A stretch of DNA of 61,674 bases, the filler included, from Dugesia japonica (lineage: Eukaryota), in assembly GCA_001938525.1 (NCBI GenBank). It is 6 parts of 6 records of this genome, joined end to end, with 100 filler letters (N's around TTAATTAATTAA, not from the genome) between each part and the next. Parts side by side here need not be neighbours in the genome. Positions count along the whole stretch, not along the records: positions 29,385 to 42,312 come from MQRL01637870.1; positions 42,413 to 51,911 come from MQRL01559234.1; 4 more parts are not named here. One strand, 5' to 3'. The translations under genes were made by a program, and so were the position numbers. The notes under the pieces are model-generated. The model saw nothing but the letters and a program-made list of their open reading frames with translations, was not told where the DNA came from and searched no databases. Below, piece by piece: positions 39,330 to 52,011 of the stretch. Each line of letters opens with the position of its first letter. The first letter of the stretch is position 1.

Positions 39330-41160
39330 TTATTATGTTAATGTTTTGTTACTTTTTCAATGTAATTTTATTATTATTTTAAATTTTTCAGTATAAATAG
39401 TTTGTTAAGATTTTAACACTTATTTCTAAAAGTAAATCAAAATTTATCTTATAATTCATTAAAATAAATTAAAATTAAAACATGAAATAAACAATATTCA
39501 GACGGAAGCATTAGTCTATAAGTCCTTTAGACGACGTATAGGTATTCTATATTTTAATGGTTTAAAAATAATAATATGATGTTATTATATTTATAAATAT
39601 AGTCAATAATTATATATATTATTTCGAGAACCAAGTATAATTAAAAAGTAAAGTTTTTGCCACTTATGTTTTGTTTTTAATTTAAGACGACTATTGCAAA
39701 TTCGAAACGATATGATAAAAATTGGCTGAGAAATGTCTAAACCAATTTCAATATGGTTAAAAACGCTGCACCTATTTCCTAGAGAGCGATGTATATTTTG
39801 AGAATAGTAAAATTACTATCAAAATTCCTTTAGAGACTTTAATTTTGAGTTGAATTTTAAAAAGAATAATATTTTAAAAACTACTATTAATTAGTTAAAG
39901 TTATAATTTATAGATAATTATATAATTATTTATTATTTTCTGAACGAAAAATTTATATTCAGTAAACGCTACATGAAATATGTTCAGTTTTTATTCTGAG
40001 TTAAATGATACCTGATTATAATAAGTACATCCAGAGTAAATGATTTCTTTAATACAAGGTGGTATATGTTATCCTACAATTTTCTATCTTGGGATCTAAG
40101 CATATCTTTACAAAAAACTATATATAAATGATGTTTGTAATTTTTGTCTGAATTCAATGATACTATATACGAAGCCATGCAATATAGTTTGGTCGAGAAA
40201 ATGATAAAACAAATCAAAGTGGCTCAGTGCTGCACATCCTTTTTCAAGAGAATCAAACTTATTTATACAGTAAACCCAATCAGTGTTTAGTTTTCAATTA
40301 TAAGGAAAGTAGTACTAAATTTAAAACCAAGCGACTAATTTCGATCAAAAAAATCTAAATTCAAAGTTTGGAAATCTAATTTTTTCATATTATTTCAACA
40401 AATTCGACGTTTCCGACAGATTTCTATTAAATATTCAACCTAAACAGACTACAATTGGTAAAATATGTCTAAAACGATTCCAAACTGACAATGCTGAAGA
40501 AATTACCGATTAAAATAAGTGAAAAGTGCTTTAAATTAATGAAGACAAGTTAAATATCACCGAAAACTGACCGATATAAGTAGAAAATTGACTACTTATC
40601 TAAAAAATTGAACTTTGTGAGCAAAGTAATAAATTATTATTAATGATGCAAGAATGTCTAAAAATGCATCGAAACAGACTGTGCCGAAAAACGTCTTACC
40701 AAATAGCTCTAAAATTAAACTTCCATGGAAAAAATTTGACTATGGCAAGTGGAATCTAACCAACCGCAGGAAAAAATTGACAAAGTCACTCAAAGGTTAT
40801 TCATAACCGACTATCTTGGGAACGAAGCATATTTGTACAGCAACCACTAAATGAAATAAGTTCAAGATTTTATTCATAATCAAATGATACCATATACAAA
40901 ACGATATCATAAGTTTTGACCGATGAAATTATAAAACAATCCAAAGGGGATCAATGCTGCACACCGTTTTCCAAAAGAACCAAACATATTTATACAGCAA
41001 ACCATATACAAACAGTGTTCAGCTTTTAATTCTAAGGCAATTGTTTTCAAATTCGAAATCATACAATACAAATTGACCAAAAAAATTAAAGTTAAAATTT
41101 TGAAATTCGACCTTACAGAGCAAATATTTTGATCATTTCGACCTAAATACAAAATAACTT
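39330..41160. repeat. Diverged copy of the AGTAGATA-element body
   Basis: 39370-40330 and 40820-41150 repeat motifs of 35400-36550 (aaatagtttgt, aaagtaaatcaaaattt, atgttcagtttt..attctga, caaggtgg, aagcatatt). Confidence 0.65.
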
Positions 41161-41405
41161 TCTTATCAAAATTCGACCAATGAAATCATTAGAAAGTTTG
41201 TTGGTGTAGGAGATAGCTAAGTTGTGACGTATCTCACCACTCTTGAACGAAGTAAAATTTAACAGGTTCCCGCTGAACATCAAATAAATTCAGGTAAAAG
41301 ATTATGAAAGAACAAGCATCATGAATTATGATCATCGTTTCTGATAACAAAGACGCTCAAAACTCAACTATCTTTGTAGTATTGAACATGACTTAAGTCT
41401 TCAAG

Positions 41406-41470
41406 AGTAGATAGATAGTAGCAGTAATAGCCAGCACACATTCAGTAGAACCCCCCCCCGCCCCCTATAC
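41406..41470 (+). mobile_element. Another AGTAGATAGATA terminus with the GC-rich subterminal motif
   Basis: AGTAGATAGATAG...TAGAACCCCCCCCCGCCCCCTAT matches the reverse complement of 36639-36661 (TAGAACCTCCCTCGCCCCCTAT). Confidence 0.65.
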
Positions 41471-42312
41471 GTAATCGGATTATTACATAACTGTTTTTAA
41501 ATTTTTCTAATGTAAATAGGCGTTACATAATGTAATTAATCTTATCGCAAGAATTATTATATAAGTGGCTATACATTTTCTTGAATATTTAGTTGGGAAT
41601 ATTTTTTGGCTTTTTAAGCGGCAAAGTGGCTATGGATTTTTTCCGTGTATTTAGTTAGGACAGTTTTTTCCGGCTTTTTAAGCGGTAATATTTTTCAGGC
41701 TTTTTAGTTGGGAATTTGCTCCGTGAGGTCGACAAGGTTGTATTTTGATTGGTTTAAAGTGGTTTTTGTCGAAAAATTTCTCGGTGAAGTGGAATAAGGT
41801 TGATCTTTCGTTGATCCAGGTGAATTTGATCTAATTTTTTCTCAGGATTGGTTAGATTGAGTAATTTTTGGGTGATTGGGTCAATTTTAGTTCAGCTTTG
41901 GTCAGTTTAGGTAATCTTTGGACGATTTGGTCAATTTTTGGTTGATTCAGATGATTAATCCTGATAACGCTTAATCGACACAAATAAAAAGTTATTTTTT
42001 ATAATTCTCATCCAAAATTAATGATCCAATTACTAATAGATAGAGAATTGTTTAATGATCAAGAATATATACGGTAGAAATTTTTCAAATTAGATTACCT
42101 TGAAAAAAGTTAACATTTTTATTTCTCAATAAATAATTAAAAATAAAATTTATCTCAAATTTAATTACAATCCAATCTATTTGTTAAAGAATTCTACACT
42201 GATTACAAATATATTAATCTAAAATCGCCAAATCTTAAAAATAAAAAGTTTTATTGAAAAACAAGCACATCATTTGGGAGTCCTCAATGAATATAAAAAT
42301 AAGATGATAATT

Positions 42313-42412
42313 NNNNNNNNNNNNNNNNNNNNNNNNNNNNNNNNNNNNNNNNNNNNTTAATTAATTAANNNNNNNNNNNNNNNNNNNNNNNNNNNNNNNN
42401 NNNNNNNNNNNN
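42313..42412. other. Artificial scaffold linker
   Basis: 44 N + TTAATTAATTAA (42357-42368) + 44 N. Confidence 0.97.
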
Positions 42413-43315
42413 AAAGCTGACAAAGAGAAAAGTCAAAAAACTAAAAAATATGTTGACTGAAGAATAGGATAAATCGTTAAGTCCAACAATCCGCCTAATT
42501 GTGAAAGCACAGTTTAACTAAATATTTATTCATCTAAAATAAAGTTTAAGAGATCGGCGAAAACTTTTTAATTTTACAATAACCAAAAACCGCAGTATCA
42601 TGGACAGTCTCGGAAATCCGAATGATTTTAATGTTAAATTTCTAATCAATAATAAAAAGTTAAATCTCTTTGTGACTACAAAAATATTCCATTTTACGAG
42701 TAATGGAAAAAGAAAATAAGGAAAGTAAAATTTATTATTTATCTTATAGTACAAACTTTGTACAAAAATCTATNNNNNNNNNNNNNNNNNNNNNNNNNNN
42801 NNNNNNNNNNNNNNNNNNNNNNNTTAAACATTTTTCAACGTGTTTAATTTCAAAAAAATACAGAAATAATAAATTTAAAATTTGTGCCAATAAAATTTTT
42901 TCCGTATTTTTGTTAGTATAGTTTAAAATTTCATTAAATTAAAAGCTGACAAAGAGAAAAGTCAAAAAACTAAAAAATATGTTGACTGAAGAATAGGATA
43001 AATCGTTAAGTCCAANNNNNNNNNNNNNNNNNNNNNNNNNNNNNNNNNNNNNNNNNNNNNNNNNNNNNNNNNNNNNNNNNNNNNNNNNNNNNNNNNNNNN
43101 NNNNNNNNNNNNNNNNNNNNNNNNNNNNNNNNNNNNNNNNNNNNNNNNNNNNNNNNNNNNNNNNNNNNNNNNNNNNNNNNNNNNNNNNNNNNNNNNNNNN
43201 NNNNNNNNNNNNNNNNNNNNNNNNNNNNGTAATGGAAAAAGAAAATAAGGAAAGTAAAATTTATTATTTATCTTATAGTACAAACTTTGTACAAAAATCT
43301 ATAATCTGAAAAATA

Positions 43316-45370
43316 TTAATCAAGTATTGGTCGGCCTTTCCAGCCTCTTTTACTAATTTCCCTATCTGAAAGTAAGCAGTAATCCTTATTCATTTTAAAA
43401 CTGACTTCACTTATCTTCTTATTGAGTTTCGATTCATGCTCAAAGTTAGCATGAAAACTGATTGCATGTTTGATAACTTCANCAATTCCTTGCTTTGAAT
43501 ACCAATTACAAATATTGCACATGAATAATAGAATATTATTTCTCTTAAAAATTTGAGCTCCACAATTTGCAAATATATCCATTTTTTGTTTCAAGCCATC
43601 GAACAACTGTAAAGAATTTTCTTTTTGACAAATGGCTCTTAAAATATTCACAGAATAATTAAACATCTTCTCACTAACGAAAGTTAAATCTGATTTGACA
43701 AATGATTTTTCATTGACAATACTTCCGAATTCGTCTTCACTATCGGTTAGCAATGAATCTGTATAAATCTTTTTCATGCTAATATCATTATTGACTAAAT
43801 TAATCAATTCACTATCTAGCATAAGTTCCATATTTGAATTATTTCTTGATACTTTCATTATTAGTGACATGTTTGCATTGGAAACTTCACAATGATTTCT
43901 AATGATATGTCGTTTAATATCCGTGTGAGAATGAACTGACAAATAACCACAATGTTCACAAATATAATTTTTCACATTATTTCGAATACAAGTAGACATT
44001 TGAAATTTACCTAAATTTTCCAGTTTGTCTAAAAATTTTTCTGAAACTTTCGGATTTAAAACATTAACAAGTTTCATCAATACTCGCTTAGAAAATGAGA
44101 ATTTATAGAAGGATTTTTGAATGTTTTGGTTTTCAGATTCCGGAGCATCGGCTAACGTTTTTAACATATCACTTTTTCTAATTTTGACACGACTAGAATT
44201 CAATACTTTCTTCGGGGTGACAATGACATTATCGATATTTCTAACTTCGTTATTTTCGATTAAACAGTTAGCATGAAGATTATTCATTTGAATATCACAA
44301 TTAATATGTCTTATCAATTCATAGTCTGGTAACAATTTCAGTTCCGAGTCATATCGAGAAGTTTTCATAATAATCGGAATGTTTTTGTTACTGATATCAC
44401 AATGAATTCGGAAAACATGTCGCTTAATATCCGTATATGAATGTCGGCTTTCGTATTTACAATAATCACAAATATAGCCTTTTCCTTTTTCATCTTTGAA
44501 TATAATCATTGGATACAAATGTAAATTTGCTAATTTCATCGAGAAATCTTCTTCTATTTTCGGATTGGAAACTGCTACAAACTTCTCAAAAACTGTTTGT
44601 GAATATTGGAAAATGTGATATATTTTTTCTTCGGTTAAGGGATTTACAAGAGTTGTATTTGATTTATTGTTTTCATATTCACGAGAAATTCTAATTCTTT
44701 TCGCTGGTTCCGGAGAAGGATCAAATATTTTTGATTTTCTTTTTAATCTTGGACTTAATTTTAATGGTTGAGGATCAGGAATTTCCAGAGATTTAAGAAA
44801 ACGCTTTTCATCATTCAAAAGATGTTTTATCGATGTGTCTTTATATAAGTTTTGAATATTGTTTCTACAAGTATGTAAATTTAATAATTCTTGATCTTGG
44901 AAAAAATCATTTTCATTTGTTGCTTTATTTTTTATATCACCGTATTTACAACCATATACCACTTCTTTAAATATTAAATTTTTACGGTGCTTCATTTGTT
45001 TTTGATGTTTAGAAAAAAAACTTTTATCATCAGTTTTAATAGAGCATTTTTCTTCACAACAATGGTACACACAGTTAATACTAAGGCTAAGGTGATAATA
45101 TAACATATCCATGTGGTCAAATTCTGATTTGCATATTGGACAATCGCTTTTCATTTCATGAGTATATATCATGTGTTCAAGTATCGATTCAATTTCATTG
45201 GTACATATCAATTGATTACAGAAGCAACAAAAACTCCCTGAAAATCCATTCTGTTCGTAATGGTGTTTTGAATGTTCAATCATATTTTCAGATGGAATAA
45301 GAATTGAGCATATTGAACATTTCACTTTGCTTTCTGATATTATTTTCGTAGTATTGATTAAATTATTCAT
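43316..45370 (-). CDS. Intronless 684-aa multi-C2H2 zinc-finger protein
   Basis: Only long intact ORF. N-terminal fingers (CSIC..HSKHH, CCFC..HMIYTH, CPIC..H, C..C..HQKQMKH) and three later CxxC-x13-H-x4-H fingers; one ambiguous base. Confidence 0.9.
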   Translation of the reverse strand: MNNLINTTKIISESKVKCSICSILIPSENMIEHSKHHYEQNGFSGSFCCFCNQLICTNEIESILEHMIYTHEMKSDCPICKSEFDHMDMLYYHLSLSINCVYHCCEEKCSIKTDDKSFFSKHQKQMKHRKNLIFKEVVYGCKYGDIKNKATNENDFFQDQELLNLHTCRNNIQNLYKDTSIKHLLNDEKRFLKSLEIPDPQPLKLSPRLKRKSKIFDPSPEPAKRIRISREYENNKSNTTLVNPLTEEKIYHIFQYSQTVFEKFVAVSNPKIEEDFSMKLANLHLYPMIIFKDEKGKGYICDYCKYESRHSYTDIKRHVFRIHCDISNKNIPIIMKTSRYDSELKLLPDYELIRHINCDIQMNNLHANCLIENNEVRNIDNVIVTPKKVLNSSRVKIRKSDMLKTLADAPESENQNIQKSFYKFSFSKRVLMKLVNVLNPKVSEKFLDKLENLGKFQMSTCIRNNVKNYICEHCGYLSVHSHTDIKRHIIRNHCEVSNANMSLIMKVSRNNSNMELMLDSELINLVNNDISMKKIYTDSLLTDSEDEFGSIVNEKSFVKSDLTFVSEKMFNYSVNILRAICQKENSLQLFDGLKQKMDIFANCGAQIFKRNNILLFMCNICNWYSKQGIXEVIKHAISFHANFEHESKLNKKISEVSFKMNKDYCLLSDREISKRGWKGRPILD

Positions 45371-46643
45371 AAGATATTATAATTATGAAATTCGTTTTTT
45401 CTAAACAATTAGGATTAAAGTAAATTAAATTTTTATTTAACCGAAATTTACTGGATAAAAAATTGTTTCATTTTAAAAACAAATTTAATTTTTAAATTCT
45501 GAATAAAAATTAATCAACGTATGCCGTTTACCGATTTCAAAGGTTTACTGTAAGATTATTTAAAATTTAAAATAACTGTGTTCTAAAATTAAAGTAAAGA
45601 CCTATGCAATTCTAAATACAATTTTCATCAAAAACCAACAAGAAATTTTAAATAATCTCAAATAGATTTCACATAATTTAAATTTAATTTAAAACTACCA
45701 CTTGCGGAAAATAGTTCCGAATAATACAGATATTAATTCCTATAATTTTTTCATAAACTTACTTATGATTTCATAATACTCTACAAATTCAACTAGTGTT
45801 TTATTAGATGGGATTTTTGAATAACATCAAAATATTTTTTACAATATTGTATTAAAAATTGATGTATGATAAATTTCAAATATATTATCAGCTTCGCCTT
45901 TTGTGATTAAAAATATCACAAATGATGTATTATTTGAATTATAAATAAACATGCCGTACAAGTTCAATTTTGTATACTTCGGTAAGATTTATTCAATTTA
46001 AAGTTAAATTATAATTTTAGTATTAGTATGACTACTTCATAATATGATAACTTTTGGCAATTTCATAATACAGACCAAATGTTGTAAATGTTGTGTAACT
46101 GATATTTTTCCATTCCAATTACAAAAAGTAATTTCAAAATGATAAGCTTTTATTATTGATTTTCCAAAGCATTTCATTATTGATTAATTAATATGAAATT
46201 ATTTGTGGTTTTATAGCTATATTAAACATATTTATGAATAAAAGACTAATTGAAATGCTTAACTTTGTATCAGATGTTAAATTTTAACATTGTGTTAAAG
46301 TTAGCATTGAAATATATTAGAATATATTAATAATTTTATTAAAAAATTTCAGTACTAATCGAAAAGTTAATTTCAATCATTTAATAATTTTCATCGGCAT
46401 GTATATATGATAAATGTACAAATAATTAGAATATGTCACATTTTTAAAATTTATTTTGATATTAAATTAATTTCAGTAACTTATTAGAAATGATTTAATC
46501 TTTCATAAATGTTTTGGAGATTTTAAAATTTTATTTAAAACATTCTGAACATTTAGGAAAATATTAATAGTTATTTTTATTAGTATATATTCAATATTGA
46601 AACGTCAACACTATTATCTAATTAAATATATTTGGTATATATT

Positions 46644-47037
46644 CAGGGGTTCTCAACATCTCGACCACAACAGATTTTTCTATTGATCGTTAAAAAAATT
46701 TAATATTTCAATATCAACACTAATACTATTATTAAACTACCAAAGATAAATTCTTTAGTACACGGAAACTTTCGGTTAAAAATGTCATATTTAAATCGTT
46801 TTGATCCAGTCGATTATTTTAAAAAAAATCGTTTTATTTGCTACAAAAAAACTGTTAAAGATGTAACATCAGGTGCTGGCGCTCGGCTGTAATTTTCACT
46901 GGATATTTCTCGAGATATTTCAGACTATTAAAGAATTACTGACAAATTATCAACAAATATTATTATATCATTAGTCCGTCAGACGAAAAATTATTATTTT
47001 AGTTGTCCGCGAAGTAGCAAAAGGTTGGCGATCACTG
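46644..47037. mobile_element. hAT (Charlie-like) MITE
   Basis: Left CAGGGGTTCTCAAC; right GTTGGCGATCACTG followed by CTTTAGAG (NTCTAGAN-like target); left target site does not match. Confidence 0.55.
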
Positions 47038-47329
47038 CTTTAGAGTAATTATTAAAATATTGATAAATATTACTAAATATGATGATGGTGATGATTGTAG
47101 ATGAATTTGAATAACATAATATATTGGCGATTTAACAAATTGTATATTAATTAACCAGTTAACGCCCAATTTAATTTTTTAATGTTTACAGAAGTTTAGA
47201 AGCGAATAACACAAACTTTAAAATACGTCTGATAAAAGCAATACACGCCAAGTGTAGGCATATTATTGTTTATTATTCTTATTCTAAATTTAGAATGTAA
47301 TAAGGTTTAGGTAGAGTATTAGAAAAATT

Positions 47330-47690
47330 ATAAAGCGTGCCCTCAACAGAGTACTTATAACGTGAGCAGTGTCGACTGAGCCCGACTGGGGTTTGGTTAG
47401 TGATAACCTTACGCATTTCCATGGCAAAAAGAAGCCCACCACTTCGTATTTGATGTCTCGGTTGTTCATAGTGTTTTCTATAGGACCTTTCAAATTCTCT
47501 TAGAATTCTCTGCCTTTGGAAGAGTTTCATCATTAGAGCGTCAAAGGGACACTCAAAATCAGCTAATAGATTCCGATTCCTTCTAGTTGATATCCTTGCG
47601 ACATCCGATCTACGATACCCATTCAATGGGGTTTCTTCGTCTGAAANTGGCTATGTATATCTCGGCGTATTAATACGTGTTGTTCTTAAT
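47330..47690 (-). pseudogene. Restriction-like endonuclease remnant of an R2-type non-LTR retrotransposon
   Basis: DEETPLNGYRRSDV...LLADFECPFD / SNDETLPKAENSKR / ENLK...YEVVGFF follows the E...RPD...D..CPFE...K..KY layout across frameshifts. Confidence 0.45.
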
Positions 47691-47953
47691 TAGAAAGAAT
47701 TTTGTAATTAACAGTTATCAAATCGAAATGATTTATTGATTTCAATCTTTTAAAGTTAATTTGTCGATCATTAAAATTTATGAAAATAAAATGNNNNNNN
47801 NNNNNNNNNNNNNNNNNNNNNNNNNNNNNNNNNNNNNNNNNNNNNNNNNNNNNNNNNNNNNNNNNNNNNNNNNNNNNNNNNNNNNNNNNNNNNNNNNNNN
47901 NNNNNNNNNNNNNNNNNNNNNNNNNNNNNNNNNNNNNNNATTGATCGGATTTG

Positions 47954-48014
47954 AGATTTCATTAAAATAAGATAAAGCTTTTGATCGAAGCTTTATCTTA
48001 TTTTAATGAAATCT
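47954..48014. repeat. Perfect inverted repeat, 27-bp arms, 7-nt loop
   Basis: AGATTTCATTAAAATAAGATAAAGCTT ttgatcg AAGCTTTATCTTATTTTAATGAAATCT. Confidence 0.95.
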
Positions 48015-50008
48015 TGTAATCATTTAATTATATGTAAAGTATGTAAATAAATGCGATTTCTGTTTAATAATATTAAAAGCTTTAATATTTTATATATTTG
48101 TATAATAATAAGTTTTTCTTTTAAATTCATTGATTTCTGAACATAATTTATAATTTAAAATGTAACGATTTTTTTAAAATTTATAATTACAGTATAACAT
48201 TTATATTGTTATCAATTTAAATCAGGTAAATGTATGAGTGAACTTTCAATCCGATTTATATGAAAAATAAAGAAAAATTTCAATTATAAATTTAATTTTT
48301 GTCCGGCTACTATTTTACCGAATATTTCACATAAAATTTATCTTACGAGATTTTTTTCATTATATAAATTTTTTTTGGAAAACACTGGCGGCTTATTTTT
48401 CACATGCTTTGTTAATTCGGTTATTATAATTAGGCTTACTGTTTATAAATTATAAACATTAAATTTCGTTAAAAAAGTATAAATCAAACTGTATAATATT
48501 ATATAATATTATATAAAAATTTTGAAATCAGTGTTATTTTTAATTTTTGTTTTAGGAAATTATCATTTGTAAAAATTGTTTTCATATTGGTTAAATAAAT
48601 GTTAAATATTATTAAGGACTCATAAGAAAATTAAAATACAAAAATAATTTAATTAGAAATCTATTTTTTGTCATCTGATTTTACTAAAATAAAANNNNNN
48701 NNNNNNNNNNNNNNNNNNNNNNNNNNNNNNNNNNNNNNNNNNNNNNNNNNNNNNNNNNNNNNNNNNNNNNNNNGTATTTTGTTTAATTTTAAAACATGTT
48801 TATTTTTAAACAAATACCAGTAGTTTGAAGAGAACAATGGACATTTTACAAATTTACCGTGACTTTCTTTTTTCTCAGTTGTTTATTTTTTGTAAATCAT
48901 TTATTTAAAATTGGATAATGTTAATTTATTAATTTTGAANGCTATTAAAAATTAAAAAAGATTTTAATTTTAAGACAAGACATTTTTCAAATAAAAGATG
49001 ATAAATAAATGAAATATTTTAATAAATTTCTTTAAAAATGTTATTGATTAAAAATGGGTTTTTTTAAAAAGAATGAAATTTTTGTTTTAATTAAAATTTA
49101 TATATTATAAATAATTTATTAGAATTAATAGGTATCACCCGTCAAAAATTACGGTATTTTAGTGTTTTAAAAAATTCCATAATGGTCTGATAAAATAAAC
49201 TAAATTTTATGGATTAAAAATATATATAATAAAGCTTTGGGTCAAATTATAAAAAAATGTTTAACTTTTTAATTAATTTTAATTATTTCAAATAAAGATT
49301 TTAAAAATTTTTCTGCATTTTCACTATTACAAAAATTAAAATTTTTTTCGTTAATATTATTTGACTTAAAAAACAAATCTGTTATTTTCACTTATTTTTA
49401 AAATTATTTTAAAAATTTGCCGAATTTCAAATATTTTCAATGAAGTTTCTATTATTATTATTAAAATAATTTTTATTTTTACTATGAAAATGTTAAAAAT
49501 TATTTATATTAATCTTTATAACTCGAGCTTTAGAGTCAAATTTACATATATAATAAATTATAAAAAGATAATTTATTAAATAATTTAAAAATGTTTTTTA
49601 AACTGAAATTAGTAATAAAGTTTTGTGATATTTATTAGAATCTAAGAATTTGCTAAACTTTTCCATAATTTATCCGGTTGTCCTTAAACCGGTCTTTTTT
49701 TGCAACGTCGGTGACTTTTATCGAAAAAGTGCGGGTGCGTATCGATTTAGTTTGGGTTCTTCCGGTCATAGTAATAAAAGCTTTAAAATGACCAATATCA
49801 AATGTAACCCTGCAATATATCTTCTCTTCACCATTAAAGAGAGAAATAACAATTTAAACATTTACTTCTTTTACTTTGACTAGTTAGTTTCAGTTCCAGT
49901 CATGAAAACGTGATTTCTTTTATCCGATTCTATCTGAGTGTATAATTTGTTCGGTAGTTTAGCCTAAGAGCTTAATATCTTTATCGGTTTATCTGAGAGC
50001 ATTACATC

Positions 50009-50110
50009 TAGGGCTTGCAAAATTACTGAATTTCGACTTTACCGGGAAACAGTAAATATTTGAGTTAAAACCGGTTTACCGGTAAATTACCTGCAAACCG
50101 GTTTTTAAAT
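50009..50110 (+). mobile_element. hAT-type left end
   Basis: TAGGGCTTGCAA followed by clustered TTACCGG/AAACCGG subterminal repeats. Confidence 0.55.
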
Positions 50111-50569
50111 AAAAAAAAATCATGTATAGCATATTAATGATGGCGGGAGGAAAAAAATGTACGAAGAACTAACTAACAATAATTTTATAATTAGTCTAAA
50201 TCAAAATTTTAATTCATTTATCTAGAAAACAAGAAAAAATAATTATAAAGTAGGGGGATACTAGCTCACTGAATCAGCTGACTGGCATACCCCCCTCCCC
50301 ACGGTCAGCCACGTATCGCTGACGGCCTGTTTTTATTTCTAAATAATTTTCCAAATAATTACAAATCAAAATATGTTACTTGTTGGTTTATCATCTGATT
50401 GCTACGAGGTATAATAATTTACGAGATAAAAATACTACATGTAATGATGAATCCATAGAACTTGATATATTTGATTGTTGTTTTTGATTGATGGGGAATT
50501 AAACATATAAACCTTTCGGTTGTAGTAGGTATGCATGAGATATCCCAATCTGGAAATCGGTTGAGACCA

Positions 50570-51240
50570 TACTTGAGAATGTGATGTATGTCATATCATT
50601 TGAGATTATGAAATACTTCAGGTAATTCAAATCGGATCTCTCTGCTTAAATTGCATTTATTACAAGCTGCTCCTTTGAATTCTCCGGTAAAGTGATCGTG
50701 ATCTCGAACATGATTCACTATTGATTTTTTACACAAGTAATAGGTTTTTTTGCAGCCGCAAATTTAATCTCCTGAGCTTTTGTTATTTTCATTTTCTTTT
50801 TGCTGTTTTCTATATAATAGCGATACACAATATTCTTCTTGATTTCTTCAACCGTTTTCAGGAATTCATAAACACAGTTATCTCCAAAAAACTGTTTGTA
50901 TTTAACGTTATTGGTGTAGTTGTTTACCAACAACAATCCTGCAGAAATAGGCAAATGTTTCTGGTAATATTCAGGATCCTTTGGCAAAACTGATTCAAAA
51001 TAAGCATAAATGACGAATGGGGAGTTATTATTTTTGAATAGTCTCTTAACTCCAAGTTAAGATCTGTTGGCATTTTGTAAAGAGTGGTACCAGTTTGGAT
51101 TTTGTTAAATAGGTTAAATATTTTGAAAAACAAATTTCGTAATTTAAAATTTTTTTAAAATTTATACGTACATGACTTTCGTAAGTATTTTTAGTATAAA
51201 ATCCATTGAGACAGTTTGGACACCATATTAGTTTGATTCT
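50570..51240 (-). pseudogene. Polinton pPolB N-terminal/exonuclease fragment with endonuclease VII insert
   Basis: WCPNCLNGF...ESH; PFVIYAYFESVL (ExoI YADFES); YQKHLP; FFGDNCVYEFL; VRDHDHFTGEFKGAACNKCNL; FHNLK*YDIHHI (ExoII). Confidence 0.9.
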
Positions 51241-51911
51241 CACACCGTTCCTTTTACGTCTCTATTCATTAATCGATTTAAATTCATTATTGCTGTGTAA
51301 TGATATTTTCTACCGTCTTCTAATAATAAGAGATTTATCTTTTGACCATCTTCTACTTTTGATCGGTGGATTATGTATAAATTTGGATGTTTCATCACTA
51401 CATCATCATTATTTTCTACTGCACGGGAGTTCCATGATAGAACATCTCTTCACGGACGTTAATACACTTATTTTTATATCGTTTCACTTTGGCGTTGGCC
51501 GTGTCTGTCTCCGCTTCCCATCGTCTTTTAGCTAGTCTGTATAAATCCCAGGTGAGTTCCACGTCCTCACTATCTTCGCGTAATTTTTTAGTCGGGACCT
51601 GCGATTTATTCAAAGACGAATGCACTGAAATACAAACATTTTAAATGATGGTTTAATTTTACTAGCTGTTTAATTCTAAAGTAAAACTGGCGGCCTGGTC
51701 TAACCAGGGCAGAATTAATAATGAGTGAAATTTATAAAATTCATTCAGTTCAATAACATTACTTTATATTACTATTATTTTATTTACAAAGAATTATATT
51801 AGAACCAACCACATTCCATTATTAGCAGAATTTCATCTTTACCAGAAAAAATAAAAGTAGTCACAACTAAAACACTTATTTATTTATATCAGATAGCCAC
51901 AAAAGATTAGT

Positions 51912-52011
51912 NNNNNNNNNNNNNNNNNNNNNNNNNNNNNNNNNNNNNNNNNNNNTTAATTAATTAANNNNNNNNNNNNNNNNNNNNNNNNNNNNNNNNN
52001 NNNNNNNNNNN
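51912..52011. other. Artificial scaffold linker
   Basis: 44 N + TTAATTAATTAA (51956-51967) + 44 N. Confidence 0.97.

Noticed and set aside
50249-50330. AGTAGGGGGATAC...CCCCCTCCCC as a Polinton end next to the pPolB fragment
   Set aside because: It shares ACTGGCATA with the AGTAGATA family but equally resembles PIF/Harbinger-type ends; not counted as evidence.
51660-51715. Helitron 3' end (CCTGGTCTAACCAGG hairpin near CTAG)
   Set aside because: The hairpin is about 20-30 nt from the CTAG, longer than typical, and no other Helitron features are present.
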